Below, in pieces: positions 12,501 to 25,027 of a stretch of DNA of 64,000 bases (its first letter is position 1; every line of letters begins with the position of its first letter). Where the stretch lies: the NCBI GenBank assembly GCA_002633005.1, contig NMRA01000336.1, forward strand, positions 363,056 through 427,055, given 5' to 3'. Made by a program: the position numbers and the translations under genes. This DNA is from Phoronis australis. Lineage: Eukaryota; Animalia; Phoronida. The notes below the pieces were generated by a model. It worked only from the letters and a program-made list of their open reading frames with translations. It did no database searches and was not told the origin of the DNA.

Positions 12501-14172
12501 TGCCCGAAGAGAAGATTCGGATGCTGAAATCAACGTTGAGGACGACTTCTCTTTGGATGACGCCGATTTCGATAACGCTCCGGAAGTCATGGTGGACAAT
12601 AATTTCTTGGACACTGTGAATGCTCCTCGTGGTGACCAGTGGACATCGGATATAAACGACAGAAGTAACGTTAATGTTCGTTTTAAAGGCTCACCTGGAC
12701 TTGCCAGAGAGACTNCACCATGTATTTTTGTTCGGTGTGCCGAGTGCGCATGTGCCCGTCTCCGTGCTTTGGCAGGTATCACTACCTACATGACTATGCC
12801 TACGACGACCCCGAGCGCCCAGACACTCCGAAACAAAGAAAGAAACCAAAGAATTAAAAACTAGTACCATAGGTCTTTATTGAAGATAATAAACTGTGAG
12901 TGACTGTAAATATGTGTCTATACTAAGTGGATTGTGTTTATGTGCTGTGAAACTTATTTTCAATATGTGGCTGAAGCAGGTATGTTATGTAAAATTGTTG
13001 CTATTTTAATAATATTCAAGGTATTGATGTGAAATTTTCAGCAGTTTTGTATGTTAGATTTATTTTCCAGATCTGAAATTTAAAGAATATTTCATTTGTA
13101 AGAATTTTATTTATGAGTTTTCAAATTTCATGTTAAAAAAAATTATACATTAACACAAACTTTTCTGCTTTCTTCACACGTCTATAAATTTGCTGATATG
13201 CTTTTAAATCATACTCTGAAAAGCTAAACACATAGAAAATTTAATGCTCTTTTAAATAATGTATATATTGTATGTGTTAACTTGAGAAACATAGCCACTA
13301 TTGTTTTATTCCTGAACTCAGTGTTGTTGTTATTGCTAGCTCTGAAATGAGGTCAGGCCCCTGGGTACTGAACTGGTGAAAGTAGGTCAGGCTCTGTAGG
13401 GTTAAAGTGTGTTTTTACTTTCATTTTTCCATGCTTGCAGTTGGGGTATGAGCCACAGGTTTTCGTCTCGACTTTTTCTCCATTTGCGTTTTGATTAATT
13501 TTTTTGGAATTAAATGTGTATGTATTTCAGGCTTTCCATATAATCTTTGGATCGATTTACAATTTTTTTTGTTTTTGTAATTTTATATCTTAATTATAAG
13601 AATTGAAAATAATTTCAGGCCTATAGATCTCCCTGCAGCAAATCAAGAATAAGCTCCTGCCACTCATACTGCAAATTTTTTTATCATTATCTTTATTTTT
13701 TAATTTTAAAAAATATTTTTTGTTGCATCTAATTGCCTTCATTGTTGTTGCTGAAATAGATGTCAGGTACTGCTCAAGATGAGTGCGTTTTGCCAACACG
13801 ACACATTAAGAGGGCATCTTGTGATAATAATGTTTACTTTCGATCTGTTGAGGTATGGTTTAGATTGAAATGTGTAATTTGGGCGGTAAAAATTTCCTCT
13901 TTTTTTGACACGGGTCATTCCAAGCCCTCACTCTAGTTGTGATCATCAATCTAAAAGTCGGGGAATCGCGCGTTTACAAAGCACTGGGCGCTAAATCTTC
14001 AATCTTTAAAAGTCGGGGATGGGCGCTTAACCGAGAGGTGGGCGCTTATCTGGAAATCTTCAAAAATCGCAGATGGGCGGTTAACCGAGCAGTGGGCGGT
14101 TAAATCGAAAATCCACCAAAAGTAGGTGGTGGGCGGTTAACTGAGCATGGGCGTTAACCCGAACGTTTACAG
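9577..14172. mobile_element. Non-autonomous Tc1/mariner (pogo/Tc2-like) element, 4.6 kb
   Basis: TA on both sides; TIR CCGTAAACGTCCAGGTTAACGCCC vs CTGTAAACGTTCGGGTTAACGCCC; subterminal arrays of GGGCG(G/C)TTAA at 9638-9700 and 13986-14157; no recognisable transposase. Confidence 0.8.
12123..13401 (+). mobile_element. piggyBac element, internally deleted or mis-assembled
   Basis: TTAA TSDs; TIR CCCTATAGCGCC/CCCTACAGAGCC; acidic N-terminus from ATG 12377 (MATQRDRRK..DEFESDSDSDDED..W..RFKGSPGL) joined at the single N (12715) to a C-terminal Cys-rich domain in another frame (TMYFCSVCRVRMCPSPCFGRYH). Confidence 0.9.
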
Positions 14173-14230
14173 TAATTTCGACTTGGCAAAATTGCTTTCA
14201 TTGAAGTTTGGTAGATTTCATGGCACCTAC

Positions 14231-14361
14231 CTCAGTTCCTGGCAGCCTTGTCCCAATGAGACAAGAGAGGCGTCAGTCAGGTGAGTGCAGCTAGCAACGT
14301 TCAAGTGAGCCAACAGATGGCAGTATTCACTGATTGTGTGGATTGCTTCATCTGTGATGCT
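14231..14361 (-). CDS. FBXL20: FBXL2/FBXL20-like LRR exon
   Basis: atgtag|AGC...CTG AG|gtaggt; 131 nt; SITDEAIHTISEYCHLLAHLNVASCTHLTDASLVSLGQGCQEL(R). Confidence 0.94.
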
Positions 14362-15050
14362 CTACATAGACAAAGGTTAAGTTGTTTTAGTTTTGAAAAT
14401 CTCAAACTTTTCAACTTGAAATCTACTGTAGTGTTTCAGATTAATGTCCCAGCACTTTAGGCCACATCAATTTTTTAACAGGCTGAACTTCAGCTTTTTA
14501 ACTGAACAGCATCCAGGACTGTGAATACCAAATAAGAATGTCTGTGGAGATAAAATGCACAGTCCATTCCCATAGGATGCGAGCAAAATGAGTTAGTGGA
14601 GAATATTTTCACCTTCCTAGGAAGTTATTTTGCCTGTTTATATGCCTATATGGGCTTTGGAGGTATTAATTTTGCCAAATCCCACTCCATAACATATACT
14701 TGCCCTGTAATAATACATTTGTGTTACAGCCAAACGTCAAAGTTAACTCTACTTTGTGTGCCCATCTTTATACTAAAAAGCAAATAATTATATTTTTGGC
14801 ATTTGTGCCAAATAGAGATAAGTGTCTAATATTCTGTACAGGAGCACATTACAATTTATGTGGATAACTAACTAATCGTACTTTGTTCTTGATGACATGG
14901 TGGCAAGGTAATGTCAGATGAATTCTTATTTGCACAATTTTTCATCTTTAATGTATGAAAACAGAAGAGTTAAATTAAAATGCATTAGGCTGAAAAATAT
15001 ATCTTAAAACAATGTGACAAGTCCTCGTGATCATGAGTGCTATAACTTAC

Positions 15051-15125
15051 TGTACACGAGTGCATGTTGAGTGTGATCAGATGAGGGTTATTGCTGGCCA
15101 AGTGAGTGAAGCCTTCATCTGTTAT
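15051..15125 (-). CDS. FBXL20: FBXL2/FBXL20-like LRR exon
   Basis: ttacag|ATA...ACA|gtaagt; 75 nt; ITDEGFTHLASNNPHLITLNMHSCT. Confidence 0.94.
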
Positions 15126-15261
15126 CTGTAACCAAGACAACCCAACATTACATAAAGCAAAAATGATGCAAAGCAATAAAATAATTCTCCACTCGTTTTG
15201 GACATAGTTTCTGACAGATTTACAGTACAAGCCATGCTAATAATGAAGCATTAATTTTTTA

Positions 15262-16282
15262 CCATATTTGCCCATGCCTCTAAAAGCGCCACCCCCCCAC
15301 ACATTTTCAGACTTCGCTAAAATAAGCAACCAGCCAATGAAACTGAATACATGCGAAAATGCCTTACCTACAGTTCTAAAATTCTATATTAACATCTTAA
15401 ATTTATCAATAATATCCAACAGTCCTGAAAAATCATTGTGCACAGAATTTCTAGACCAGGAGCCTTGCCGCTACCTCGGTATTTAGCCATGACTACACAC
15501 TTCAAACTTCTGTAATGCTTCAAAAAGAACGCATTAGTTTTGCTTATCGTGCGATTAACGTGTCCCACTGTGGTCAGGCCTTTCAGAACAGACGCAGCGT
15601 ATTTGCTAACGGGATTGTACAATATCTTTCCCATACAGATATTCTCCCTTAATAGGAAGCCAGATTTCTTTGTACGCATGAAACAGTGAGTCGAAGACTA
15701 ATAAAAAACTTGACCTGAGTGTTAAAAATAAGCACGTGGCCAGGAAGCGCGGCGCTACATAAATGTAGAAATGCTACTCTGGCAAATGAACTCTGATGAC
15801 ATGCACGCGCTCGCTCACTCCACGTACACACGCAGACGAACTTCAAAACAAATGTCGCATGACAACGTGTGTTTGTCCAGATTTTTCTCATGTTGTGGGG
15901 TGCGATCTAGTGCAGAATTGGACTTAACGCATTCAATCCCAATTCCACAGGAACTCAAAAACTTAAGGAGGATTTCAGGTAATTTGTTGAGTCAAAACTG
16001 TATTTTTATTCAAGAATTCAAGTTGCCCTATCAAAAATCGCGAGGCAACGACGAGTTTTCACCCTGGGGGATTTGCACAATTTTCTGAAAAAGAATCCTA
16101 ATTTAACATTGAAGTTTCATAGCAATGCACGAAATTTTGTGGAAAGTCTGTCATATGTTACAGATAGGTTAAAGAGCTTAAATTTGATGAATCTTAGCTT
16201 CCAATTTCACCCGTTTCGGAGACTGGGTTTCAATCGCCTTAGGCTACAATCAGCACCCTGGACACTTATTAGAGAAAATACG
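15262..16282. mobile_element. Possible old TA-flanked pogo/Tc2-like MITE
   Basis: Weak TIR: ta-ccatatttgccc..aaaagcgcc vs ta-gcgtattttctctaataagtgtcc (reverse complement of the right end). Confidence 0.3.
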
Positions 16283-16381
16283 CTAATAATCCTTATCATA
16301 GATTGGAAATTTGACACAATACAATTCCCCAAGCCTGCCACATTGTAGGTTAAACACATACAAAATGGCAGTGACATTCAC

Positions 16382-16505
16382 CTGTGTACATCCTTTACAT
16401 ATGAACACTCTAATCTCTTTGCAGCCATGACTTAACGCCTCCAGCCCATTATCAGATATATTGCACCACGAGATATCCATGTGTGATAAATGAGGGCAAC
16501 CGTCA
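16382..16505 (-). CDS. FBXL20: FBXL2/FBXL20-like LRR exon
   Basis: ttgcag|T GAC...CAG|gtgaat; 124 nt; DGCPHLSHMDISWCNISDNGLEALSHGCKEIRVFICKGCTQ. Confidence 0.95.
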
Positions 16506-16828
16506 CTGCAACAGCAAGTAAATTAAGGACAGGAAACGAAAGATACAGAGCACTTGCCAACTTCAATTCATGAAGTTGGTGGGGTGCACTCCCCACCAAA
16601 TTAAGTGACTCAGAAACTTGCAAAAACACATCAACTACACAGCAAATATATTTCAGAATGCTGCATTTCCAATTCTTTCTGCAAGTACATGAAACACCAA
16701 TGAGTTTCCTCAGCCAAATAAACCCTTACAATCATTTCATAAATTTAAACCTCCATGACTTTCCAGATGATGGTTATTACACCAATTTTCAAAACCTCTG
16801 AAGGGAAATTAATCGTTTGGACTAAGTA

Positions 16829-17014
16829 CTCTACAGTCCGACTCCTTTATCAACGAATGGTGAAGGGATATCCAGATTTCCCACCGTTCACTATTCGTTG
16901 ATAAAGGACTGTAGAGCACAGTCCGAAACGTTCGAACTCTTAAATCTTCAGTCCCTGATTAAGTTCATTTTACTCATACCATACTTTCACCGAGACTATG
17001 AAAAAACTTTTTTC
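16829..17014 (+). mobile_element. Short fold-back Penelope-like 3' end with variant hammerhead motif
   Basis: Inverted arms 16829-16866 / 16884-16916; motif TTGATAA-A-GGACTGT(agagc)ACAGTCC-GAAA-CGTTCG at 16898-16934. Confidence 0.55.
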
Positions 17015-18480
17015 AATCAACATGTTGTTTGTCAGGTAAAATGGAGGCTTGGAAACACAGAAAAAGGTGTGTCAAGAATGCAATCAATATGCACCAACAG
17101 ATATCTGATCTAAGGGTACAGTCACTTTGGCTCAAATTGTCTTTTGTGTTTGTGAATGAGGTTCACCAAAATAAACCGGCTATGTACCAAGCTGTGCTTT
17201 CAAAGAATTGTTTGTACTTCATTTTAGAGTGGTTTTCTAAAATTAATCTTTGATTTTCGTCAAAAGTAATGTTGGAACTTATTTAGAAGTCATACGTCTA
17301 CAAAGCTGTACTAAACCGACATTCCATCAAAGAAACTAACTTTCGATTAATAAAGTTGATCATAACTTGATCCCAAATCAGATGAAAAGTTACTCTGGTT
17401 TTGATAAAATGAGCGGTTTGTTGTGTTTGAAATCAACCTCATAGAATTTTAGGTCACTAAGTAACCTGAATTTTTTTGAGCTTGGTCTGATTAGAAATAA
17501 GCAAGCTGTCAGTTCTTGGCAAGCCCACAAATGCCTTCTAAACTGAGAACAAGATATTATAAAACATAATGGCAAGTAGCTTAAATCAAAAATCATTTTT
17601 TGGCAGAAAACACTGTTAACTCAAAGATAGTATTGTCAATGGATTTCAAAGAAATGTTGTATATTTATGAGGTAACTTTCAGTCAACTTGTGCATATAGT
17701 TAAATACCTAAAACACTATAGTGTTTCACTAAGTAAAATTACACATTTGCTGAAAGAAGGGATCATCTAGAAGTTGGTTTTTGACATTATAACAATCTGC
17801 TGTAGATATTTTTGATAGCTCCTCATGCAAAAGTGGATGAATTAGATAACAATTCCTAACAGCTTTTCTGTGAACAGCGCATAACGCATAGTATCTGAGG
17901 TTTATAGGAGTCAGATGACCCATTTATGAAATATGATGTTCTGAAGTTGGACACTTTTTTAAAGTCTCATACAGCCTTAACCAACTATCCGGCCTACATA
18001 AAACTGACACACAACAAAGGACATCAGATCACTTGCATTTATTAACAATAACCGCCAGAATATGTTGAAATCTTTTTCATAGAAAAAGGCGAAAGCTTTG
18101 CATCAAGTGTTGGCCTTTTGCATATTAAGAATTCAATAGAATTTTCCGAAGTTGGAAAACACAGAATCCATTTTTAAGAAAGACTAAATCATGCACCCAG
18201 CAACAAATTGGGATGATTACTTGAATAATGAATAAATCTGTACACTAACGTCCAGAAATGTTCACATGAATAGTGACAAGTTCCGATACAAGTCATTGGT
18301 GAGGATTGCAATACATTTTGTACAAAATCTCTGCAACATAACAAGCAACATGTGAGTCTGTTTATGATTCACATGTTAAAATTTCAGGAAAATCACAGAA
18401 ACAGCTTTAGGAAACAGTGAAAGCCAATAGCAAAAATAATATAATTATTGAATCAGAGATGACACTAAATACTACCGTAC

Positions 18481-18576
18481 CTGAGTGCTTTCAAGGCAAT
18501 GTTCGTAATGTTGTGGCACGAGCTAAGGTTTAAAGTATGCAGTTTGTTGCAATGTCGCCCTAAACTGGTGCAGGTT
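18481..18576 (-). CDS. FBXL20: FBXL2/FBXL20-like LRR exon
   Basis: tttcag|A ACC...CTC AG|gtacgg; 96 nt; TCTSLGRHCNKLHTLNLSSCHNITNIALKAL(S). Confidence 0.94.
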
Positions 18577-20807
18577 CTGAAAAGAAGTATACAAGGATTA
18601 TATTAGTAACTGGCACTGAACTAACACCCAAAGCAATTAAAAATTTGACACTTAAACAGATATGTTGCAAATTTGACTATAACAACATTGAAAAACATTT
18701 CCATGCTCATTTAAGTCTCCACTCCTTACTTGGAGTGCCCAATACTCAGCTAAGCTTCCACTCACGCTTGACTATTTTCAAAACTGAAGGTAAGCCTTTA
18801 AATGTGGAAACTGGAACAATTTTTAGTCAAAGTTGCAATCGCATAACCAGGACATCATTAACATGTTCTCTGGATAATTTTAGAAAAACATGCCCCTGCG
18901 TCAATTGACTGAAGTCCTCGTGAATGAATTAAGAGGACCAATGGGTTAATTGTCCCTTCCCTTTTTTGACTCCTTGTTTTGAACATTTTCACGTGTGATT
19001 TCAGTATGGTTAAACTGAAATGCAGTTTGTGTTTTGATCAAATCAGTAAACCCATAATTGAGTTCTATGCCAAATGTTTTCAAAAGTTGTTCGTTGTAAT
19101 ATCACATACTTTTGTCTATCCAAAATCAAACCCATTGACCGCCTACAGTTGCCACACTGAGTTGACCAAGGCCGTCTGTCTGGTTGTTCCCACTCAACAT
19201 TAAAGCAAGCATACTTGCAAATCAAGAACACCCTGATGCTCCAATTCCAGTTTCCACTTAAAGTGTGAATGGAATATTATTCTTAACCAAACATTAAAGA
19301 AAATGTTCCATCTAAATACTTCAATTTCAGGATATTGAGAACTTTTAAAAAAAAGCTTAACTGTTGCTAGGGCTATCAAACCTGAGTGAAAATCAAGATT
19401 AACTAAAATTTTTTCAAGGAAAGCTTCGAAAGGCAGGACCGGTCTTGTTTCCTCATTCCAAAGAAACAGGCAGGTAACATGACAAGTAACATGTTTTTAG
19501 TTTAACTTGCTGATCTACTTCTTTCCTATATGACAAGGAGCAAACTCAATCCCCCAATGTCGAGTCCTTTATTTCAAGGAAAGCTCTACAGAATACACAA
19601 ACACCATAAGGTGCATGTTGTAATCTGGTGCAATGTGATATCTTAGAGTGACACATTAGTAGCTCGTGCAACTTTTTTTTGACACAGTTGCAAGCAGATA
19701 AAAAGTTATACGGCAAGCAAAGAAGAAAAAGGCAAAAACAATTTCATGATCACTCCTTTAAACTTGAAGGATGATTCCTTAAACTCCAGTCTCGGACCAA
19801 ACCTGCAGTTCAAATCCCCAGACCACTATCGGTAAACTCTAAACTCCCAGAAAGAATGATTCATATCCAGATTGCATGGGTGCACCTCAAGTCTGCAGCT
19901 GGAATTAAGAGGCTTTTGAAGAAGACTGTTTTTAAATTCATCCGTTTTTACATCTCAAAGACTTCATTGGCAGTTGTGCCACGGATGGAATTTTTAAAAT
20001 TTAACGTGCTACATTTCACTATTAAATGTCAAGTCACCTAATTTAGTATGTCAAATGCATTTTGGTGAGAGAGCATTGATTCATTATGCAGGGGTAGGTA
20101 TCTTGCAACAAATTCTTGGAATCGTGGATCTCAACTTCTGAGGTAATGGGTGACCAAGGCAACTGTCTGGTGGCAGTTAAGGTCTCGTGTTCAGGTAAGG
20201 GCCCATCTCTATTTTCTAGATATTGTGGATTTAAGTGCCAGACATATCTAATTCACAGCGCACTACCCATCAGATTTGCCACATAATTGCCCAAAGTTGA
20301 CACAAAAGTTTACAGCAAGTTGTACAATTTTTGAGTATCTAAATTTGTAGACAAAATGCTGTAAACGATAGCAAAATAAACCGAGACCTCATGGTCACTA
20401 ATGACAACAATGTACTCTGCGTATTGTTCGTGTTGATCATCAAACAAACCATATTTAACAATTTGCATAAGAAAGGAGCTGTCCAAATTTATGTTATGAT
20501 TTTCTGTGCATTAAATGTAGGAAAAGTTGCATTGACAGACACTCTTTAGAATCACTACAAGTTATAAAATATGTAACACTCACTAGATAATGATTAGTAT
20601 GCCATTAGCTGTAATATAAGAATTATGGGACAGTGGGTGAAACTGTTTAGATATTACTGCACATCAAATTTGGCCGAAAAATAATAAGAAAGGTAATGAA
20701 AAGAATTAGAACTCAAGAAGCCTCTGTGCCCACACGCAGAGTAACTGGTGGTTAAACAACCAAAAAATTAAGAGAAGATGTAAAAACAATCAGCAACTTA
20801 TACTTAC

Positions 20808-20876
20808 ATGTCTGTCAACTTTTTGCAGTTACTTAAATTGAGATATTCGATGTTTCTGCACTGGTGTGAAAATGTT
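20808..20876 (-). CDS. FBXL20: FBXL2/FBXL20-like LRR exon
   Basis: ttttag|A ACA...GAC AT|gtaagt; 69 nt; TFSHQCRNIEYLNLSNCKKLTD(I). Confidence 0.94.
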
Positions 20877-23069
20877 CTAAAAATAATGTCATATATTAGG
20901 TAACACATAGAAAATTGAAAAACACCTCTGGAGCCTATTTTACCGAAGGTTGTACGTTCTGCCGTAGCTAGTAACAGATTGTGAATGTCATGCTGAGGTA
21001 AACTTTACTGAAGTTTGTAATAACATTTAAAGCAGATATGAACCAAAAACAACATGAAATTTGTCTCAAATTGTTCCTTAGTAAAATTGGAGGTGAACAC
21101 AGGCTTTGAAAGAACTGGTACTTTATCACTGCTCAAGACCCAAGCTTGTCACAACAGGCCATTTAATGTGCTAAGAATAAGGAACAATAAGTTCTTTGCA
21201 AGCCTAGAAATCATTTCCATCTAAATAAGGAACAAGCCGAGACCAACCACATCTTCATAGTTACGTTTTTCGTAAACTTTGTGCCAGTGACAGTCTAAAC
21301 TCTGGTTGAATCAACTACCACTTAGCGTATGATCTTTGGTAAAACCATCTGCACCCAGTAGTCTTCTAATGCTGCTAAACTATTTATCTCCCAAGAAATT
21401 CTGAATTAGTAGGGTAAAGAGCTGGAAAGTAGCCAACTCGCTGATAGGTACATTTGGCTAGGCAGTGAACATAGTATCTTGCTGAAAGATGTAGTTGGTA
21501 GTAAAAGAAATAAAAGGCATCAAGTTGAGGTTTAGGAAAGTGATTCATTGAGGCTCATCCATGACCTGCGTTTGCCAAAAGTAGGTTGTATTGCAACAAA
21601 ATAACTAGTCTGGTTGTCACTTAAAGGTCTGAATCACCCATAATTTCCAGTTACTTTTTGTACTAAGCTTGCAATTACAAAGAACAGAATGTAGGGATCT
21701 TAACAGTATCCTAACATGTCCACAGTATAAAATTAGAGATTTTCAGCAAGGTAACAATCCTAATTTTACATGCTTATGGTCAAGTTGGATAAAATTGATT
21801 GTTTATGGACGGTTTCTCACAGGAAAACTTGGATTTACTCCATTCTGAACTTGACAGGATGGGTTAATACACTATCAAATTTCACAGCATTCTTTGCGGA
21901 CATCAAGATCACTCTGAAAAGTGATGGTACATAGGAGTTAAGTTTCCTCTTTGTTGCTCAGGCAGGTTACACAATGGAGGTTGGGACATATCAGCTAAGG
22001 AACAGCAGTTGCAATGCACATGATTTTAACCCCAATGAAGAAGTTCAATTTTCAACAACAATGTAGTTTTCAGAGCACATAATGTATAAAATGGTTGGGA
22101 AACAATGTTGCCTGAAGAGGGCATCACTTATCATCGACACCCCTTTTCACTCCATAATTCCCAAACAAAAGAAGCCAGTCATAAAAGTCCAGGGGCTTCC
22201 GCCAGTACTAATTGTAATTCTAACCATTTAGAAGCATTCATAGTTGCTGGTTGGGAAATGCAAGGTAGCACCTAATGGACCCAGGCTGGGTTGTTGTTAG
22301 TCCAGTGATTCTAAGGATGACCCGGAAAAATTTGCAACAGAAGGTTTTATTACATAGATCGTATCCTTCCCCACCCCTTAGTGTGAGAAAAAAGTCTACC
22401 GGAATTGGATTGTAGGATGTTGGTTTTCCAAAATGGAGGACAAAATGGCCACCTAATTTGTAGATGACCATTGTAACTCAAGTGAGAAATGTGATGGAGT
22501 AAAAATTCAAAAAGGTTTGTATCGTTTGTAGGTCAACAAATCCATTGGAAATGATTTCGCTTGGCTGTGGTGACTCCATCTGCCACTTTCCACGATGGCC
22601 ACCAAAATTACTTCAAGTCGCACAACTTCAAAATGAAACAGATGACTGTGGCGTCTTGATTATAATATTGCATCATAGATTTTCTGGGTCATCTAATCCA
22701 TTGACTCATTGTGTCATCAAACAGTTGCTTCCGATGCCAGAGACACGCCATTTTCACAGATTTCGTATCATTAGTTTCCCACTTCCATTAAAATAATTTT
22801 TGTCAAGCTGTTGTGGTTACGACTACCATTTCCAAGAATGTTCAATGAATTATAATTTAACTTATTTAGGTAAAAAACGTCAGGTTCGCTTGGACTGAAG
22901 GGTCACTCCGCTCCTGAAAAAATGTGCTATATTGAAAATAATTTTCTGCAATTAATTTTGTGATCTACTGTCCTCACCAGTTGAGCGTCCAATCAGTGGC
23001 AAATGTGTATAAATACACCAACAGTTGAGACAGGAGAAAGGTACACTCAAGATATGTTTAGCAAGTTAA

Positions 23070-25027
23070 GAGTGACTCCATATAAAAACCAACAGGTAGA
23101 GTCTATACCCAAAATCACCGATTTTTTTGAAACTTAGCACATGAGTTTGGTTTGTTGAGAAGTAGAAAAACCTCACTTTTTAAGAATTTTCATTCATTAT
23201 TTTTCTTTTTATGACCTTTACCTGCATTTTGCAACAAAATTGGGCGTCGAAGTAGGCATGTTTGAATGCATTTTACTAGCATGTATGATAGGGTCAAAAC
23301 AAATGAATAATACGAATTGAAAGGGCAATGGCTGAATAATTTAATGGCATAACTTTCAAAATCCATTTTTAAATTGATACGTTTTGAATTTGTGAGGCAA
23401 AAACGGCTATTTTTTAGGTTTTCACTGAAGCCATTTTCGGCCACATTTGGCACTCTGTAGCAGCCATAACGCACCTTTCCTGAAAATAACTTTATAATAA
23501 TTTGTTAAGTCATTCCTAACCTGATCATAATCTAAAATAAAAAATCTTGCCTCTAATCTAGTTTTTGCGTACGAAGCATTATACGAACTGCACTTCGTCC
23601 TTTTGCATGTTCTCAGTTGCCTCTGCTGCCAATAGGGGGCTCTTGGAAGATATAATTAGCTTGCGAAACACGACATATTTTGGAGAAAAGGCAGACGGCA
23701 TTATTAATTACCATTCTATGAAAATGGCATTGATGATTAATACTTATTACAAAAATGTGTACGTAAATCAACTGGCATGCGTGCTTCAAAATGATAGATG
23801 GCGCTGCTTTGTTTACGTGGAGACTGAAGACGCATCTAGAATAAGAGCAGTAATATAATTCAAGACTTCGCGAGATGTTGCCGTGTATTTTAAATGAGAA
23901 CACGTGGTTTTGGATAAATTTTAGAGAGGTTCTAGTGTTACTGAACTCACCCCTGCCTTNNNNNNNNNNNNNNNNNNNNNNNNNNNNNNNNNNNNNNNNN
24001 NNNNNNNNNNNNNNNNNNNNNNNNNNNNNNNNNNNNNNNNNNNNNNNNNNNNNNNNNNNNNNNNNNNNNNNNNNNNNNNNNNNNNNNNNNNNNNNNNNNN
24101 NNNNNNNNNNNNNNNNNNNNNNNNNNNNNNNNNNNNNNNNNNNNNNNNNNNNNNNNNNNNNNNNNNNNNNNNNNNNNNNNNNNNNNNNNNNNNNNNNNNN
24201 NNNNNNNNNNNNNNNNNNNNNNNNNNNNNNNNNNNNNNNNNNNNNNNNNNNNNNNNNNNNNNNNNNNNNNNNNNNNNNNNNNNNNNNNNNNNNNNNNNNN
24301 NNNNNNNNNNNNNNNNNNNNNNNNNNNNNNNNNNNNNNNNNNNNNNNNNNNNNNNNNNNNNNNNNNNNNNNNNNNNNNNNNNNNNNNNNNNNNNNNNNNN
24401 NNNNNNNNNNNNNNNNNNNNNNNNNNNNNNNNNNNNNNNNNNNNNNNNNNNNNNNNNNNNNNNNNNNNNNNNNNNNNNNNNNNNNNNNNNNNNNNNNNNN
24501 NNNNNNNNNNNNNNNNNNNNNNNNNNGCAAAGTTGAGGCAAGATTTTTTATTGCTCAGTCATCAAGACTAACTCTTTAACTGTATGTTCAAAACGTCACA
24601 TAAGGCTACATGGTGTTTTATGGCAGTAAGAAGGTCACAAAAATGGCCACTAAAATTAGCCCCAAAAAGTGGTCTATGGATTATCTCCCCTGTCTAGCAC
24701 AAAACTGTTAGATCTTAATAAATGGCACAGATTTATGCACAGTATACGTTGGTTATTTCAGCCACCAAAATATAGCTTTTGATCTATTTTGTATGTTACT
24801 CATTTTTGTTGCTGAAAACATGCAATTTTTGAGACGGCTAATATGCCCAATTGTGCCAATTTGTGTTATCATGCTCCAGCGGCGAAATTAGGGGTCATTG
24901 AGTGCACAAAATTTGGCATTTGGGTTTTTGTTAGGATACCTACCCATGTACAAAAAATGAAGTTGTTTTAAATTTTGACGTATAGACTGATTTTTGAAAA
25001 TCTACTGGTTTTTATATGGACTGCCTC
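23070..25027. mobile_element. Sola3-like element copy 2 (spans gap; opposite orientation to copy 1)
   Basis: TTAA-GAGTGACTCCATATAAAAACCAACAGGTAGA ... TCTACTGGTTTTTATATGGACTGCCTC-TTAA. Confidence 0.7.
23960..24526. other. Assembly gap (N run)
   Basis: Continuous N characters. Confidence 1.

Noticed and set aside
12262-12864. 200-aa ORF as a host gene
   Set aside because: Lies inside TTAA-flanked piggyBac TIRs; the part after the N is read in the wrong frame.
23613-24579. Long ORFs of 206-305 aa in the ORF track
   Set aside because: Made of X residues from the N gap.
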